DNA of 43,548 bases from an uncultured Ruminococcus sp. (GTDB taxonomy: Bacteria > Bacillota > Clostridia > RUG12999), in the NCBI GenBank assembly GCA_902784685.1, contig CACZWA010000001.1, positions 1-43,548 on the forward strand, in the 5' to 3' direction. This document shows, piece after piece, positions 26,367-35,617 of the stretch. Position numbers and translations under genes: made by a program. The notes under the pieces were generated by a model. That model saw only the letters and a list, made by a program, of their open reading frames with translations, was not told the DNA's origin and searched no databases. The number at the start of each line of letters is the position of its first letter. Within the stretch, counting starts at the first letter, position 1.

Positions 26367-27728
26367 ATGGGAAAATTTTTTGGTACCGACGGTGTCAGAG
26401 GTGTCGCAGGCAGCGAGCTTACGGCAGAGCTTGCGTATAAGCTCGGAAAATTTGGCGCGTATGTTCTTACAAAACACACAAAAAGCAAAAAAACAAAAAT
26501 TCTTGTCGGCAGAGATACGAGAATTTCGGGCGATATGCTTGAAAGCGCGCTTGTGGCGGGAATTCTCTCAACAGGAGCCGATGCTTATATTGTGGGTGAA
26601 ATTCCTACTCCCGCAATTGCGTATCTTACAAGAAAATATGAAGCGGACGCAGGAGTTGTAATTTCGGCTTCACATAATTCGTTTGAATATAACGGAATTA
26701 AATTTTTTAACAGTGAAGGCTTTAAACTCAGCGATGAAATAGAAAATGAAATAGAAAGCTATCTTCTCGGTGAAAGTACCGTTGATGAAATGCCGAGCAG
26801 TGAAAACCTTGGAATAGCTGTCAGAGGCGCCAATAATGCCGAAATTGATTATGTAGAGTTTGCGGCAGGCTGCGCGCTTACAAGTCTGGAAGGCTTAAAG
26901 GTTGCTGTCGATTGCGCAAACGGGGCAGCTTTTAATGTTGCTCCGCAGGCGTTAAGACGGCTTGGCGCGGAGCTTAATGTTATAAGCAACAATCCGGACG
27001 GTATAAACATAAATAACGGCTGCGGCTCAACTCATATTGAGAAGCTGCAAAAGTTTGTTAAAGATACGGGAGCAGATGTTGGTGTTGCTTTTGACGGCGA
27101 TGCTGACAGACTTATTGCCGTTGATGAAAACGGAAATATTGTTGACGGTGATGTTATAATGGGGCTTGTGTCGATTTATCTTAAAGAACACAATAAGCTT
27201 CCCGGAAATCGTCTTATAGGAACGGTAATGAGCAATCTCGGGCTTATTCAGACCTGCGAGAAGCACGGAATTGAGGTTGTTTGTACCAAAGTAGGTGACC
27301 GCTATGTACTTGAAAAAATGCTTGAAACGGGCGCGGTTATAGGCGGCGAGCAATCGGGGCATATTATTTTGTTTGAGAATAACACAACGGGGGACGGACT
27401 TGTTTCGGCAATTACGCTTTTATCGGTTTTAAAAATAAGCGGCAAGAAGCTGTCCGAGCTTGCTAAGGAGATTACAATTTTACCTCAGGTGCTTGTTAAT
27501 GTAAAAGTTAAAAACGAATATAAAGAGCGTCTTACCGATATAAAAGAAATATCCGAAGCGGCAAAAAAAATTGATGAGAAATACAAAGGTACGGGAAGGC
27601 TGCTTCTTCGTCCTTCCGGAACAGAGCCACTTGTAAGGATTATGATAGAAGGACAGAATATGGAAGAAATTGAAAAAGACGCGAATATGCTTGCTGAAAT
27701 CGTTGAGCAGTCAATGAGCAGGCTTTAA
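26367..27728 (+). CDS. glmM: Phosphoglucosamine mutase
   Basis: MGKFFGTDGVRGVAG, the active-site loop SASHNSFEYNGIKFF, FDGDADR and GGEQSGH. Confidence 0.95.
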   Translation: MGKFFGTDGVRGVAGSELTAELAYKLGKFGAYVLTKHTKSKKTKILVGRDTRISGDMLESALVAGILSTGADAYIVGEIPTPAIAYLTRKYEADAGVVISASHNSFEYNGIKFFNSEGFKLSDEIENEIESYLLGESTVDEMPSSENLGIAVRGANNAEIDYVEFAAGCALTSLEGLKVAVDCANGAAFNVAPQALRRLGAELNVISNNPDGININNGCGSTHIEKLQKFVKDTGADVGVAFDGDADRLIAVDENGNIVDGDVIMGLVSIYLKEHNKLPGNRLIGTVMSNLGLIQTCEKHGIEVVCTKVGDRYVLEKMLETGAVIGGEQSGHIILFENNTTGDGLVSAITLLSVLKISGKKLSELAKEITILPQVLVNVKVKNEYKERLTDIKEISEAAKKIDEKYKGTGRLLLRPSGTEPLVRIMIEGQNMEEIEKDANMLAEIVEQSMSRL

Positions 27729-27749
27729 AAAGAGAAAGGACGTGACAGT

Positions 27750-29576
27750 ATGTGCGGAATAGTAGGTTACATAGGAAATAAGCAGGCGGCACCGATTCTT
27801 CTCGGCGGGCTTGAAAAGCTTGAGTACAGAGGTTATGATTCTGCCGGAATAGCTATTCTTGACGGCGAAAAGATAACAATGGAAAAGACAAAGGGAAGGC
27901 TTAAGGTGCTTTCCGATAAAATACACGGCGGAGAGGACCTTAAAGGTACAATAGGTATAGGTCATACAAGGTGGGCAACTCACGGCGCGCCTTCCGATAT
28001 CAATTCACATCCGCATCTTTCAAGAAACGGCCGCATCGCGCTTGTACATAACGGAATTATAGAAAATTATCTTCAGATAAAGGCTCTTCTTGAAAGTGAA
28101 GGTTATACTTTTGTATCGGATACGGATACCGAGGTTGTTTCACATCTTATAGATTATTATTACAACGGCAATATGATAGATGCCATAATCAAGGCAATTC
28201 ACAGAATAGAAGGCTCTTACGCTTTCGGTATAATTTCGGTTGACCACCCAGGTGAGCTTTTTGCCGTAAGAAAATCAAGTCCGCTTATTGTAGGTCTCGG
28301 AAACGGCGAGAATTATATTGCTTCCGATATTCCGGCAATTCTTTCCCACACAAGAGATGTTTATTTTCTTGAGGATAACGAGATAGTATGGATAAAAGGC
28401 GCTGACGTTAAAGTTCTTGATGTATATAAGCATGAAGTAAAAAAGGAAGTTTTCCACGTTGACTGGGATGTTTCCGCTGCGGAAAAAGGCGGATATGAGC
28501 ATTTTATGATAAAAGAAATCATGGAGCAGCCGAAAGCCATAGAGGACACTGTTTGTCCGAGAATACAGGGAGGCAATATTGTACTTGATGACATTAAGCT
28601 TACCAAAGAACAGATAAACAGTTTAAAAAAGATATATATTATAGGCTGCGGAAGCGCTTATCATGTTGGAGTTGTTGGCAAATACGTCATTGAAAAGCTT
28701 ACAAGGATTCCGGTTGAGGTTGAACTTGCTTCGGAATTTCGTTACCGTGACCCTATTGTGGGGAAAGGTGACCTTGTTATAATAATCAGCCAGTCGGGTG
28801 AAACAGCTGACAGCCTTGCAGCCTTGAGAGAAGCAAAGGTAAGAGGCGCAAGAGTTTTATCGGTTGTAAATGTTGTGGGAAGCTCTATTTCGAGAGAGTC
28901 GGATGATGTGCTTTATACCTGGGCGGGACCTGAAATTTCCGTAGCAACAACAAAAGCTTACAGTACACAGCTTCAAGCAATGTATCTTATCGCACTTCAT
29001 ATAGGAATAAATAACGGTAAAATTAGCGAGGAAGAAAAAGAGCATTATCTTGCAGAAATACAAACAATTCCTTCAAAGGTTGGAAAAATTATTGAAGATG
29101 TTGCGCCGCTTCAGAATTATGCTTCAAAGAAATACGGCAGCAAGGATATATTCTTCCTTGGCAGAGGGCTTGATTATTGCGTTGCGCTTGAAGGCTCCTT
29201 GAAGCTTAAAGAAATATCATATATTCATTCGGAAGCTTACGCGGCGGGAGAGCTGAAGCACGGTCCTATATCACTTATTGAGGACGGTACGCTGGTTATA
29301 GCTCTTGCGACACAAGACAGTCTGTTTGAAAAGCTATTGAGTAATATTAAAGAGGTTAAAGCAAGAGGAGCAACGGTTTTCGCAATAGCGCAGGAGGGCA
29401 ACACGGAAATTGAAAAAGAGGCGGATTTTGTCGTATACATTCCGAAAATCGACAATTTATTCGCTCCTTCACTTACTGTTGTACCGCTTCAGCTTTTCTC
29501 GTATTATGTTGCGGTAAACAAGGGCTGTGATGTTGACAAACCGAGAAATCTCGCGAAATCAGTTACGGTTGAATAA
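27750..29576 (+). CDS. glmS: Glutamine--fructose-6-phosphate aminotransferase (isomerizing)
   Basis: MCGIVGYIG (Ntn Cys present), two SIS domains (SQSGETADS) and the C-terminal KPRNLAKSVTVE. Confidence 0.97.
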   Translation: MCGIVGYIGNKQAAPILLGGLEKLEYRGYDSAGIAILDGEKITMEKTKGRLKVLSDKIHGGEDLKGTIGIGHTRWATHGAPSDINSHPHLSRNGRIALVHNGIIENYLQIKALLESEGYTFVSDTDTEVVSHLIDYYYNGNMIDAIIKAIHRIEGSYAFGIISVDHPGELFAVRKSSPLIVGLGNGENYIASDIPAILSHTRDVYFLEDNEIVWIKGADVKVLDVYKHEVKKEVFHVDWDVSAAEKGGYEHFMIKEIMEQPKAIEDTVCPRIQGGNIVLDDIKLTKEQINSLKKIYIIGCGSAYHVGVVGKYVIEKLTRIPVEVELASEFRYRDPIVGKGDLVIIISQSGETADSLAALREAKVRGARVLSVVNVVGSSISRESDDVLYTWAGPEISVATTKAYSTQLQAMYLIALHIGINNGKISEEEKEHYLAEIQTIPSKVGKIIEDVAPLQNYASKKYGSKDIFFLGRGLDYCVALEGSLKLKEISYIHSEAYAAGELKHGPISLIEDGTLVIALATQDSLFEKLLSNIKEVKARGATVFAIAQEGNTEIEKEADFVVYIPKIDNLFAPSLTVVPLQLFSYYVAVNKGCDVDKPRNLAKSVTVE

Positions 29577-29680
29577 AATTTTGTTAAAAAACAGGGTGGC
29601 GCAGTTAGCCGATAGTTTTGAGCTTGTGGGGACCAACTTTCCCAAAAGCAGCAAAGCGCAACCCTTAAAAGGATAAAAAA

Positions 29681-29716
29681 ATGTGGACACAGAAGGTATT
29701 CTGTGCCCACATTTTT
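29681..29716. terminator. Bidirectional terminator after glmS
   Basis: atgtggacacagaa / ttctgtgcccacat stem (one mismatch), with an A-run before and a T-run after. Confidence 0.75.
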
Positions 29717-29915
29717 GGTTTATATAAAAAACACAAGGAGAGTGTGTTTCATATTAATATCATTATAACACAAAAATAAAAATAAGTCAACATATTTAAG
29801 ATTTTTTTATTAATATTATTAAAAAGTGACAAAAAAAACAAATTTTTTATGTATTTTTACCAACAAAAAATCAAAAAGTATAAAGAACAGACTGATTTTT
29901 TGTTGGTATTTAGGA

Positions 29916-30125
29916 CTAATTTGTTTCCGAATTACCAATTTCAAGATCCGCACGATATTTTTTCATTAACAAATAAGCTTCGAGCGCGTCCGAATTTGTG
30001 GCATCGGATGGTATAAATCCTGTACAATCCATTGCAGAAACTACGGCAAAATCCGTAAGGTCGGGATGCGTATTGTAATATTTATCAAGAGAATCACGGT
30101 TCTTGTGTTCTTTAGGGTTTTTCAT
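29916..30125 (-). CDS. Small hypothetical protein (69 aa)
   Basis: AAAGGGA RBS before the ATG. I did not recognise a family motif (MDCTGFIPSDATNSDALEAYLLMKKY). Confidence 0.5.
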   Translation of the reverse strand: MKNPKEHKNRDSLDKYYNTHPDLTDFAVVSAMDCTGFIPSDATNSDALEAYLLMKKYRADLEIGNSETN

Positions 30126-30296
30126 ATTTATGATCGTCCCTTTCTAAAAGTAAAATTTTTTCGTTTGCGGCACGAAATATACCGTTATTATTTTTTGCAA
30201 TTTTAATAAAAAAATGCTTTGTCGAGTTAAAAAATATTTTGTAAAAAATGCAATATAAAACTTTTAAAAAACATTAAAAAATATTAAAAAAATACA

Positions 30297-30325
30297 TTGA
30301 CATTTTTTGCGTTTTGCGTTATAAT
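30297..30325 (+). promoter_or_regulatory. Sigma-A promoter of the pur operon
   Basis: TTGACA (30297-30302), 17 nt, TATAAT (30320-30325). Confidence 0.7.
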
Positions 30326-30342
30326 ATTTTATAGAAGGAAAA

Positions 30343-30480
30343 GTTTTCTGTTACTGACGGAATAGGGGAGTACCCCATGGGAGCAGAAAATAATTTTTGG
30401 GTAAAAACGAAAGTTTCGCTTTAAGCCCGTGCCGACCGTCTGGGCAGCCCTGTTTTTAAAATACGGGTCTGTCTTTTTTT
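30343..30480 (+). promoter_or_regulatory. ZTP (pfl-motif) riboswitch with a terminator expression platform
   Basis: P1 is gttttctg (30343-50) pairing with cagaaaat (30384-91). The core ACTGACGGAATAGGGGAGTACCCCATGGGAGC and the 3' module GCCCGTGCCGACCGTCTGGGCA fit the conserved ACCGCCUGGGC element. The pseudoknot is GACGG (30356-60) with CCGTC (30436-40). The terminator is cagccc..gggtctg plus a T-run (30445-30480). Confidence 0.85.
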
Positions 30481-30505
30481 ATTTTGTTTACGAAAGGAAT
30501 GTTTT

Positions 30506-31006
30506 ATGTCAATGAAAAAAGTTGCTATAATAATGGGCAGTGACAGCGATTTACCGGTAGTTGAAAAAGCAGCTTCGGTTTTGGAGGATTACGGTGTCCC
30601 GTTTGAAATGCATGTTTATTCCGCTCACCGAACTCCAAACGAAGCAAAAGAATTTGCATCGTCCGCAAGGGGAAACGGCTTCGGCGCAATAATTGCGGCT
30701 GCGGGAAAGGCGGCGCATCTTGCCGGAGCGATTGCGGCAAGTACGACGCTTCCGGTTATAGGCTTACCGATAAAATCATCAACACTCAGCGGCATGGACG
30801 CTCTGTTCTCAACCGTACAAATGCCTTCGGGAATACCTGTTGGAACGGTTGCTCTTGACGGAGCCGAAAATGCCGCTTTACTTTCGGTTCAGATTCTTGC
30901 CGTAAATGATGAAACGCTTGCGGAAAAGCTTGATAAGGCAAGAGAACAAATGCGTAAAAAAATACTTGAAAAAGATAAGGCTGTTTCAGAAAGATTTAAC
31001 AGATAA
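30506..31006 (+). CDS. purE: Phosphoribosylaminoimidazole carboxylase catalytic subunit / N5-CAIR mutase (PurE)
   Basis: VAIIMGSDSDLPV, VYSAHRTP, AAGKAAHLAG, QMPSGIPVGTVA. Confidence 0.95.
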   Translation: MSMKKVAIIMGSDSDLPVVEKAASVLEDYGVPFEMHVYSAHRTPNEAKEFASSARGNGFGAIIAAAGKAAHLAGAIAASTTLPVIGLPIKSSTLSGMDALFSTVQMPSGIPVGTVALDGAENAALLSVQILAVNDETLAEKLDKAREQMRKKILEKDKAVSERFNR

Positions 31007-31031
31007 TTTTTAACGGAAAGGATTTTTTAAA

Positions 31032-31739
31032 ATGGAAAAAAGAGAGCAGATGTACGAGGGAAAAGCAAAAAAAGTATTCGCAACCGATAATGAAAATTAC
31101 TGCATCGTTTCGTATAAGGACGATGCCACGGCATTTAACGGGCTTAAAAAAGGCACAATAAGAGGCAAAGGAATAGTAAACAATAAAATGTCCAATTACC
31201 TTATGAAGCTTCTTGAAAAAGAGGGTGTTCCGACTCATTTTGTTGAGGAATTAAACGACCGTGAAACGCTTGTAAAAAAGGTTTCGATAGTGCCGCTTGA
31301 GGTTATTGTGCGTAACGTTGCCGCAGGCTCGTTTTCAAAGAGATTTGGCGTGGAGGAAGGAACAAAGCTTCTTTGTCCGACTCTTGAGTATTGCTATAAA
31401 GACGATGACCTCGGCGACCCGATGGTAAACGATTATCACATACTTGCGTGCGGCTGGGCAACAAAAGAGGAGCTTGACACTATTGCGAAATATACTTTTA
31501 AAGTCAATGAATTTCTTAAAAACTTCTTTAAAACAATAAATGTTGATTTGATTGATTTTAAAATTGAGTTTGGCAGAACACCTGACGGACAGATTGTTCT
31601 TGCGGACGAAATTTCGCCCGACACCTGCCGTCTTTGGGATGCCGATACACACGAAAAGCTTGATAAAGACCGTTTCAGACGTGATATGGGCGGAGTTGAG
31701 CAGGCATACGAGGAAATGATGAAAAGAATTTTCGGTTAA
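31032..31739 (+). CDS. purC: SAICAR synthetase
   Basis: [33 protein letters not shown], 235 aa. Confidence 0.95.
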   Translation: MEKREQMYEGKAKKVFATDNENYCIVSYKDDATAFNGLKKGTIRGKGIVNNKMSNYLMKLLEKEGVPTHFVEELNDRETLVKKVSIVPLEVIVRNVAAGSFSKRFGVEEGTKLLCPTLEYCYKDDDLGDPMVNDYHILACGWATKEELDTIAKYTFKVNEFLKNFFKTINVDLIDFKIEFGRTPDGQIVLADEISPDTCRLWDADTHEKLDKDRFRRDMGGVEQAYEEMMKRIFG

Positions 31740-31760
31740 TTTTGAAAGGCGGTAAAAGCA

Positions 31761-33185
31761 ATGGGCGGATTTTTCGGAGCGGCAAGTAAAAACGACGCAA
31801 TTTCGGATGTCTTTTTCGGGACAGACTACCATTCTCATTTAGGAACAAAAATAGGCGGTATTGCGGCATATGATGAAGAGGTAGGCTTGCAGAGAGAAAT
31901 ACATAATATAGAAAATACACCTTTCAGAACAAAGTTTGACGGCGTTTTTGACGAAATGAAGGGTAATTCGGCGATAGGCTGTATAAGCGATACAAGTCCT
32001 CAGCCTCTTATCATACGTTCAAATATAGGAACATATGCAATAACGGTAGTCGGTATAATCAATAACAGTGAATCCCTTATAAATCAGTATTTGTCATTCA
32101 GCGGCGGACATTTCGGAGCCATGACCGGCGGAAAGATAAATGTGACAGAGCTTGTTGCCGCGCTTATCGACCAGAAAAGCACCTTCACAGAGGGAATAAC
32201 GTTTGCGCAGAAGGTAATAGAGGGAACGGCATCGATACTGATATTAAAAAACGACGGAGCTATAATTGCCGCGAGGGACAAGCTTGGCAGGCTTCCGACT
32301 CTTATCGGGAAAAACGAAAGCGGATACTGCGTTTCCTTTGAGTCCTTCGCCTATAAAAAGCTTGGATATGAGAACGAGAAAGAACTGGGTCCGGGAGAGA
32401 TAGTTGAGATAACGGCGGATTCGCTGAAGGTTCTCAGGGGACCGGGAAAGAAAATGAAAATTTGTTCATTTCTTTGGTCTTATTACGGCTACCCGACCTC
32501 CAACTATGAAGGAGTCAATGTTGAGGTTATGAGATGCCGCAACGGAAGGATAATGGCAAAGAGCGATAAAGAAAAGAAAAACGCCGAAAATATAGATTAT
32601 GTCGGAGGCGTGCCCGATTCGGGAACACCGCATGCCATAGGTTATGCTAACGAAAGCGGGGTTCCTTTCGCGCGACCCTTTATTAAATATACTCCGACCT
32701 GGCCGAGAAGCTTTATGCCTTCCAACCAGAAAGAAAGAAACAAAATAGCGAAAATGAAGCAGATACCTGTCCATGAGTTAATTCAGGATAAGAAACTTCT
32801 TTTTGTCGATGATTCCATAGTAAGAGGGACACAGTTAAAAGAAACAGTCGATTTCCTTTACGAAAACGGCGCGTCGGAGGTGCATATGAGGTCGGCGTGT
32901 CCTCCGATAATGTACGGCTGTAAGTATCTTAATTTCTCACGCGCTACGAGTGACATGGAGCTTCTTGCGAGAAGAGTTATACTTGAGCTTGAGGGCGAGG
33001 AGGGCTTTGAGCATATTGAAGAATACAGCGATTCCTCAACCGAAAGAGGAAAAAATTTAAGGAAAGCGATATGTGAAAAATTCCATTTTGCCTCACTTGA
33101 ATTTCAGTCTCTTGAAGGGATAATCGAAGCGATAGGGATAGACCCCTGTAAGCTTTGCACCTATTGCTGGAACGGTAAAGAATAG
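31761..33185 (+). CDS. purF: Amidophosphoribosyltransferase homologue, non-canonical (no N-terminal Cys)
   Basis: PRPP loop KKLLFVDDSIVRGTQ and a Cys set (KICSF, SACPP, CKLCTYC) in places comparable to the Fe-S ligands of B. subtilis-type PurF. The N-terminus is MGGFFGAASK. RBS GAAAGGCGG is present, and in-frame stops just upstream exclude a longer N-terminus. Confidence 0.8.
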   Translation: MGGFFGAASKNDAISDVFFGTDYHSHLGTKIGGIAAYDEEVGLQREIHNIENTPFRTKFDGVFDEMKGNSAIGCISDTSPQPLIIRSNIGTYAITVVGIINNSESLINQYLSFSGGHFGAMTGGKINVTELVAALIDQKSTFTEGITFAQKVIEGTASILILKNDGAIIAARDKLGRLPTLIGKNESGYCVSFESFAYKKLGYENEKELGPGEIVEITADSLKVLRGPGKKMKICSFLWSYYGYPTSNYEGVNVEVMRCRNGRIMAKSDKEKKNAENIDYVGGVPDSGTPHAIGYANESGVPFARPFIKYTPTWPRSFMPSNQKERNKIAKMKQIPVHELIQDKKLLFVDDSIVRGTQLKETVDFLYENGASEVHMRSACPPIMYGCKYLNFSRATSDMELLARRVILELEGEEGFEHIEEYSDSSTERGKNLRKAICEKFHFASLEFQSLEGIIEAIGIDPCKLCTYCWNGKE

Positions 33186-33201
33186 AATGGAGATTAATAT
33201 T

Positions 33202-34245
33202 ATGAACAATAATTCAAAATCCGAGGCATACGCTGCTGCCGGAGTAGATATAAAAGCAGGTTATAAAGCTGTTGAACTTATGAAAGCTCATATCGCGAGA
33301 ACTGAGACTGCCGGAGTGTTTTCGGGCATAGGCGGTTTCGGAGGGCTTTTTTTGCCCGATATAAGCGGTATGAAAAATCCTGTTCTGGTAAGCGGCACGG
33401 ACGGTGTCGGAACAAAGCTGAAAATAGCTTTTCTTATGGATAAACATGATACTGTCGGTATTGATTGCGTTGCTATGTGTGTAAATGATATAATCTGCTG
33501 CGGCGCGAAACCGCTTTTTTTCCTTGATTATATCGCACTTGGAAAGAATATTCCCGGAAAAGTTGCGGAAATAGTAAAAGGTGTGGCGGAAGGCTGCGTT
33601 CAGGCGGGAGCTGCCTTAATAGGCGGAGAAACTGCCGAAATGCCGGGCTTTTATCCGGAGGACGAATACGACCTTGCCGGGTTCAGCGTAGGCATTGTGG
33701 ATAAAGAAAAAATCCTTGACAACAGCAGCGTGCGTGAAGGTGACGTTATAATCGCGCTTCCGTCAAGCGGTGTACATTCAAACGGTTTTTCTCTCGTAAG
33801 AAAAGTCTTTGACGTTGAAAAAAGAGATATAAGAAGGCCGCTTGAAGCTCTCGGAGGGAAAAGCCTCGGAGAAACGCTTATCGAGCCGACAAAAATATAT
33901 GTGCGTCCTATGCTCGCGCTTTTTGAAAAAATTAAGATTAAAGCGGTGTCGCATATTACGGGCGGCGGTTTTTATGAAAATATTCCGAGAAGCTTACCGG
34001 TAGGCATAAGCGCGAAAATTGAAGAAAAAGCAATAAAGGTACTTCCGGTTTTTGAAATGATAATGAAAGAGGGAAAAGTGCCGCTTCGCGATATGTATAA
34101 TACATATAATATGGGCGTCGGTATGAGCATTGTTGTTTCAAAAAATGACGCGGATAACGCGCTTGAAATTCTTAAAGAAAACGGTGAAAACGCATATATT
34201 ATCGGTGAAACCGTAAAATCCGGGGAAGGAGTAATATTATGCTGA
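33202..34245 (+). CDS. purM: AIR synthetase
   Basis: YAAAGVDI, GIGGFGGLF, SGTDGVGTKL, DCVAMCVNDI. GGAGA lies 8 nt before the ATG at 33202. Confidence 0.95.
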   Translation: MNNNSKSEAYAAAGVDIKAGYKAVELMKAHIARTETAGVFSGIGGFGGLFLPDISGMKNPVLVSGTDGVGTKLKIAFLMDKHDTVGIDCVAMCVNDIICCGAKPLFFLDYIALGKNIPGKVAEIVKGVAEGCVQAGAALIGGETAEMPGFYPEDEYDLAGFSVGIVDKEKILDNSSVREGDVIIALPSSGVHSNGFSLVRKVFDVEKRDIRRPLEALGGKSLGETLIEPTKIYVRPMLALFEKIKIKAVSHITGGGFYENIPRSLPVGISAKIEEKAIKVLPVFEMIMKEGKVPLRDMYNTYNMGVGMSIVVSKNDADNALEILKENGENAYIIGETVKSGEGVILC

Positions 34246-34853
34246 AAGCAAAAATTGCGGTACTTGTTTCGGGCGGCGGAACAAATTTACAGGCGCTTAT
34301 TGACGCGGTTAATAATAATAAAATTAAGCATGGAGAAATAGCTGTTGTAATTTCAAACAACGCGGACGCTTTTGCGCTTACAAGAGCGTATAACAGTAAT
34401 ATTCCGCGGGAAGTTGTACTTAAGGCAAAGTTTCCGGAGCCGGAAGCGTTTGAAAATGAAATTAAAAGAATTCTAAACGAATACAGCGTGGATTTGATTG
34501 TGCTTGCGGGTTTTATGCATATACTCAGTAAGAATTTTACGTCATGTTATCCAAAAAGGATAATAAATGTACACCCGTCATTAATACCCGCTTTTTGCGG
34601 AAAGGGTTATTACGGGCTTAAGGTGCATGAGGCGGCGCTTAAATACGGTGTAAAAGTCACCGGAGCAACGGTTCATTTTGTGAATGAAGTACCGGACGGC
34701 GGCGAAATAATTTTGCAAAAAGCGGTAAATATATGCCGCAGCGATACACCGGAAAGCTTGCAGCAGCGTGTTATGCGCGTTGCGGAATGGAAGCTGCTTC
34801 CGAAAGCGGTCGAAATGGTTTCGGCAGATATTGTAAAAGGGAAAGGTGAATGA
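34239..34853 (+). CDS. purN: GAR formyltransferase
   Basis: IAVLVSGGGTNLQALID, VLAGFM, INVHPSLIPAF, GATVHFV. It overlaps the purM stop. Confidence 0.95.
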   Translation: MLKAKIAVLVSGGGTNLQALIDAVNNNKIKHGEIAVVISNNADAFALTRAYNSNIPREVVLKAKFPEPEAFENEIKRILNEYSVDLIVLAGFMHILSKNFTSCYPKRIINVHPSLIPAFCGKGYYGLKVHEAALKYGVKVTGATVHFVNEVPDGGEIILQKAVNICRSDTPESLQQRVMRVAEWKLLPKAVEMVSADIVKGKGE

Positions 34854-34854
34854 G

Positions 34855-35562
34855 ATGATTGGAACGATTGAAAAGCTTATCGGCGAAAATGTATATCCCG
34901 GCAGAGGTATAATTGTCGGGAAAACTCCGGACGGCAAAAAAGCGGTCACTGCGTATTTTATAATGGGCAGAAGTGAGAACAGCCGTAACAGGGTGTTTAA
35001 AGAAGAAGGCGATAATGTTATAATTTACCCCTTTGACGAAAGTAAGGTTACAGACCCGTCGCTTATAATTTATTCGCCTCTAAAGGTTTTTGAAAACAAG
35101 CTTATAGTAACTAACGGTGACCAGACAGATACAATATATGATTTTTTGAATGACGGTGCAAGCTTTGAAGCGGCGCTTGAGACAAGATGTTTTGAGCCGG
35201 ATGCCCCGAATTTCACTCCGAGAATAAGCGCAATGCTTGAATTTGCGGATAAGACTTTTACATATAAAATGAGCATACTTAAAAGCGCTGATAATGAGGG
35301 CTGCTGCTGCAACAGATTTTGCTTTTCGTATGAAGCGGTAAACGGAAAAGGGCATTTTATTCATACCTATATGCATGACGGAAACCCGCTTCCTTCGTTT
35401 GAAGGTGAGCCTGAGGAAATAGAAGTTTTTGACAGCATAAGGGATTTTGCCGATAAAATATGGAATAATTTAAATAAAGACAATAAAATCTCACTTTACG
35501 TAAGGTATATTGATTTAATGACAGGTGAAACCGAAAACGTTATGTTTAACCGGAACAAATAA
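34855..35562 (+). CDS. purO: IMP cyclohydrolase, PurO-like (archaeal type)
   Basis: YPGRGIIVGKTPDGKKAVTAYFIMGRSENSRNR and IIYSP..VTNGDQTD fit the PurO/IMP_cyclohyd family as I recall it. The SD GGGAAAGGTG precedes the ATG at 34855. An alternative GTG start is at 34846. Confidence 0.75.
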   Translation: MIGTIEKLIGENVYPGRGIIVGKTPDGKKAVTAYFIMGRSENSRNRVFKEEGDNVIIYPFDESKVTDPSLIIYSPLKVFENKLIVTNGDQTDTIYDFLNDGASFEAALETRCFEPDAPNFTPRISAMLEFADKTFTYKMSILKSADNEGCCCNRFCFSYEAVNGKGHFIHTYMHDGNPLPSFEGEPEEIEVFDSIRDFADKIWNNLNKDNKISLYVRYIDLMTGETENVMFNRNK

Positions 35563-35617
35563 TTAAAATCGGAGGTGAAGCGTAAAAAAAGCAAAGGCTT
35601 TTTATTACGCCGGCAAT

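Noticed and set aside
26216-27749. Expected glmS ribozyme upstream of glmS
   Set aside because: The glmM-glmS gap is only 21 nt, and the glmM leader is about 45 nt after a clear promoter. I found no AGCGCC..GGCG-type ribozyme core.
30506-31006. Class II (PurK-independent) PurE, inferred from the absence of purK in the operon
   Set aside because: The motifs SAHRTP and AAGKAAHLAG look closer to class I than to the SNGLG-type class II signature I remember. The class cannot be decided by eye, and purK may lie outside the window.
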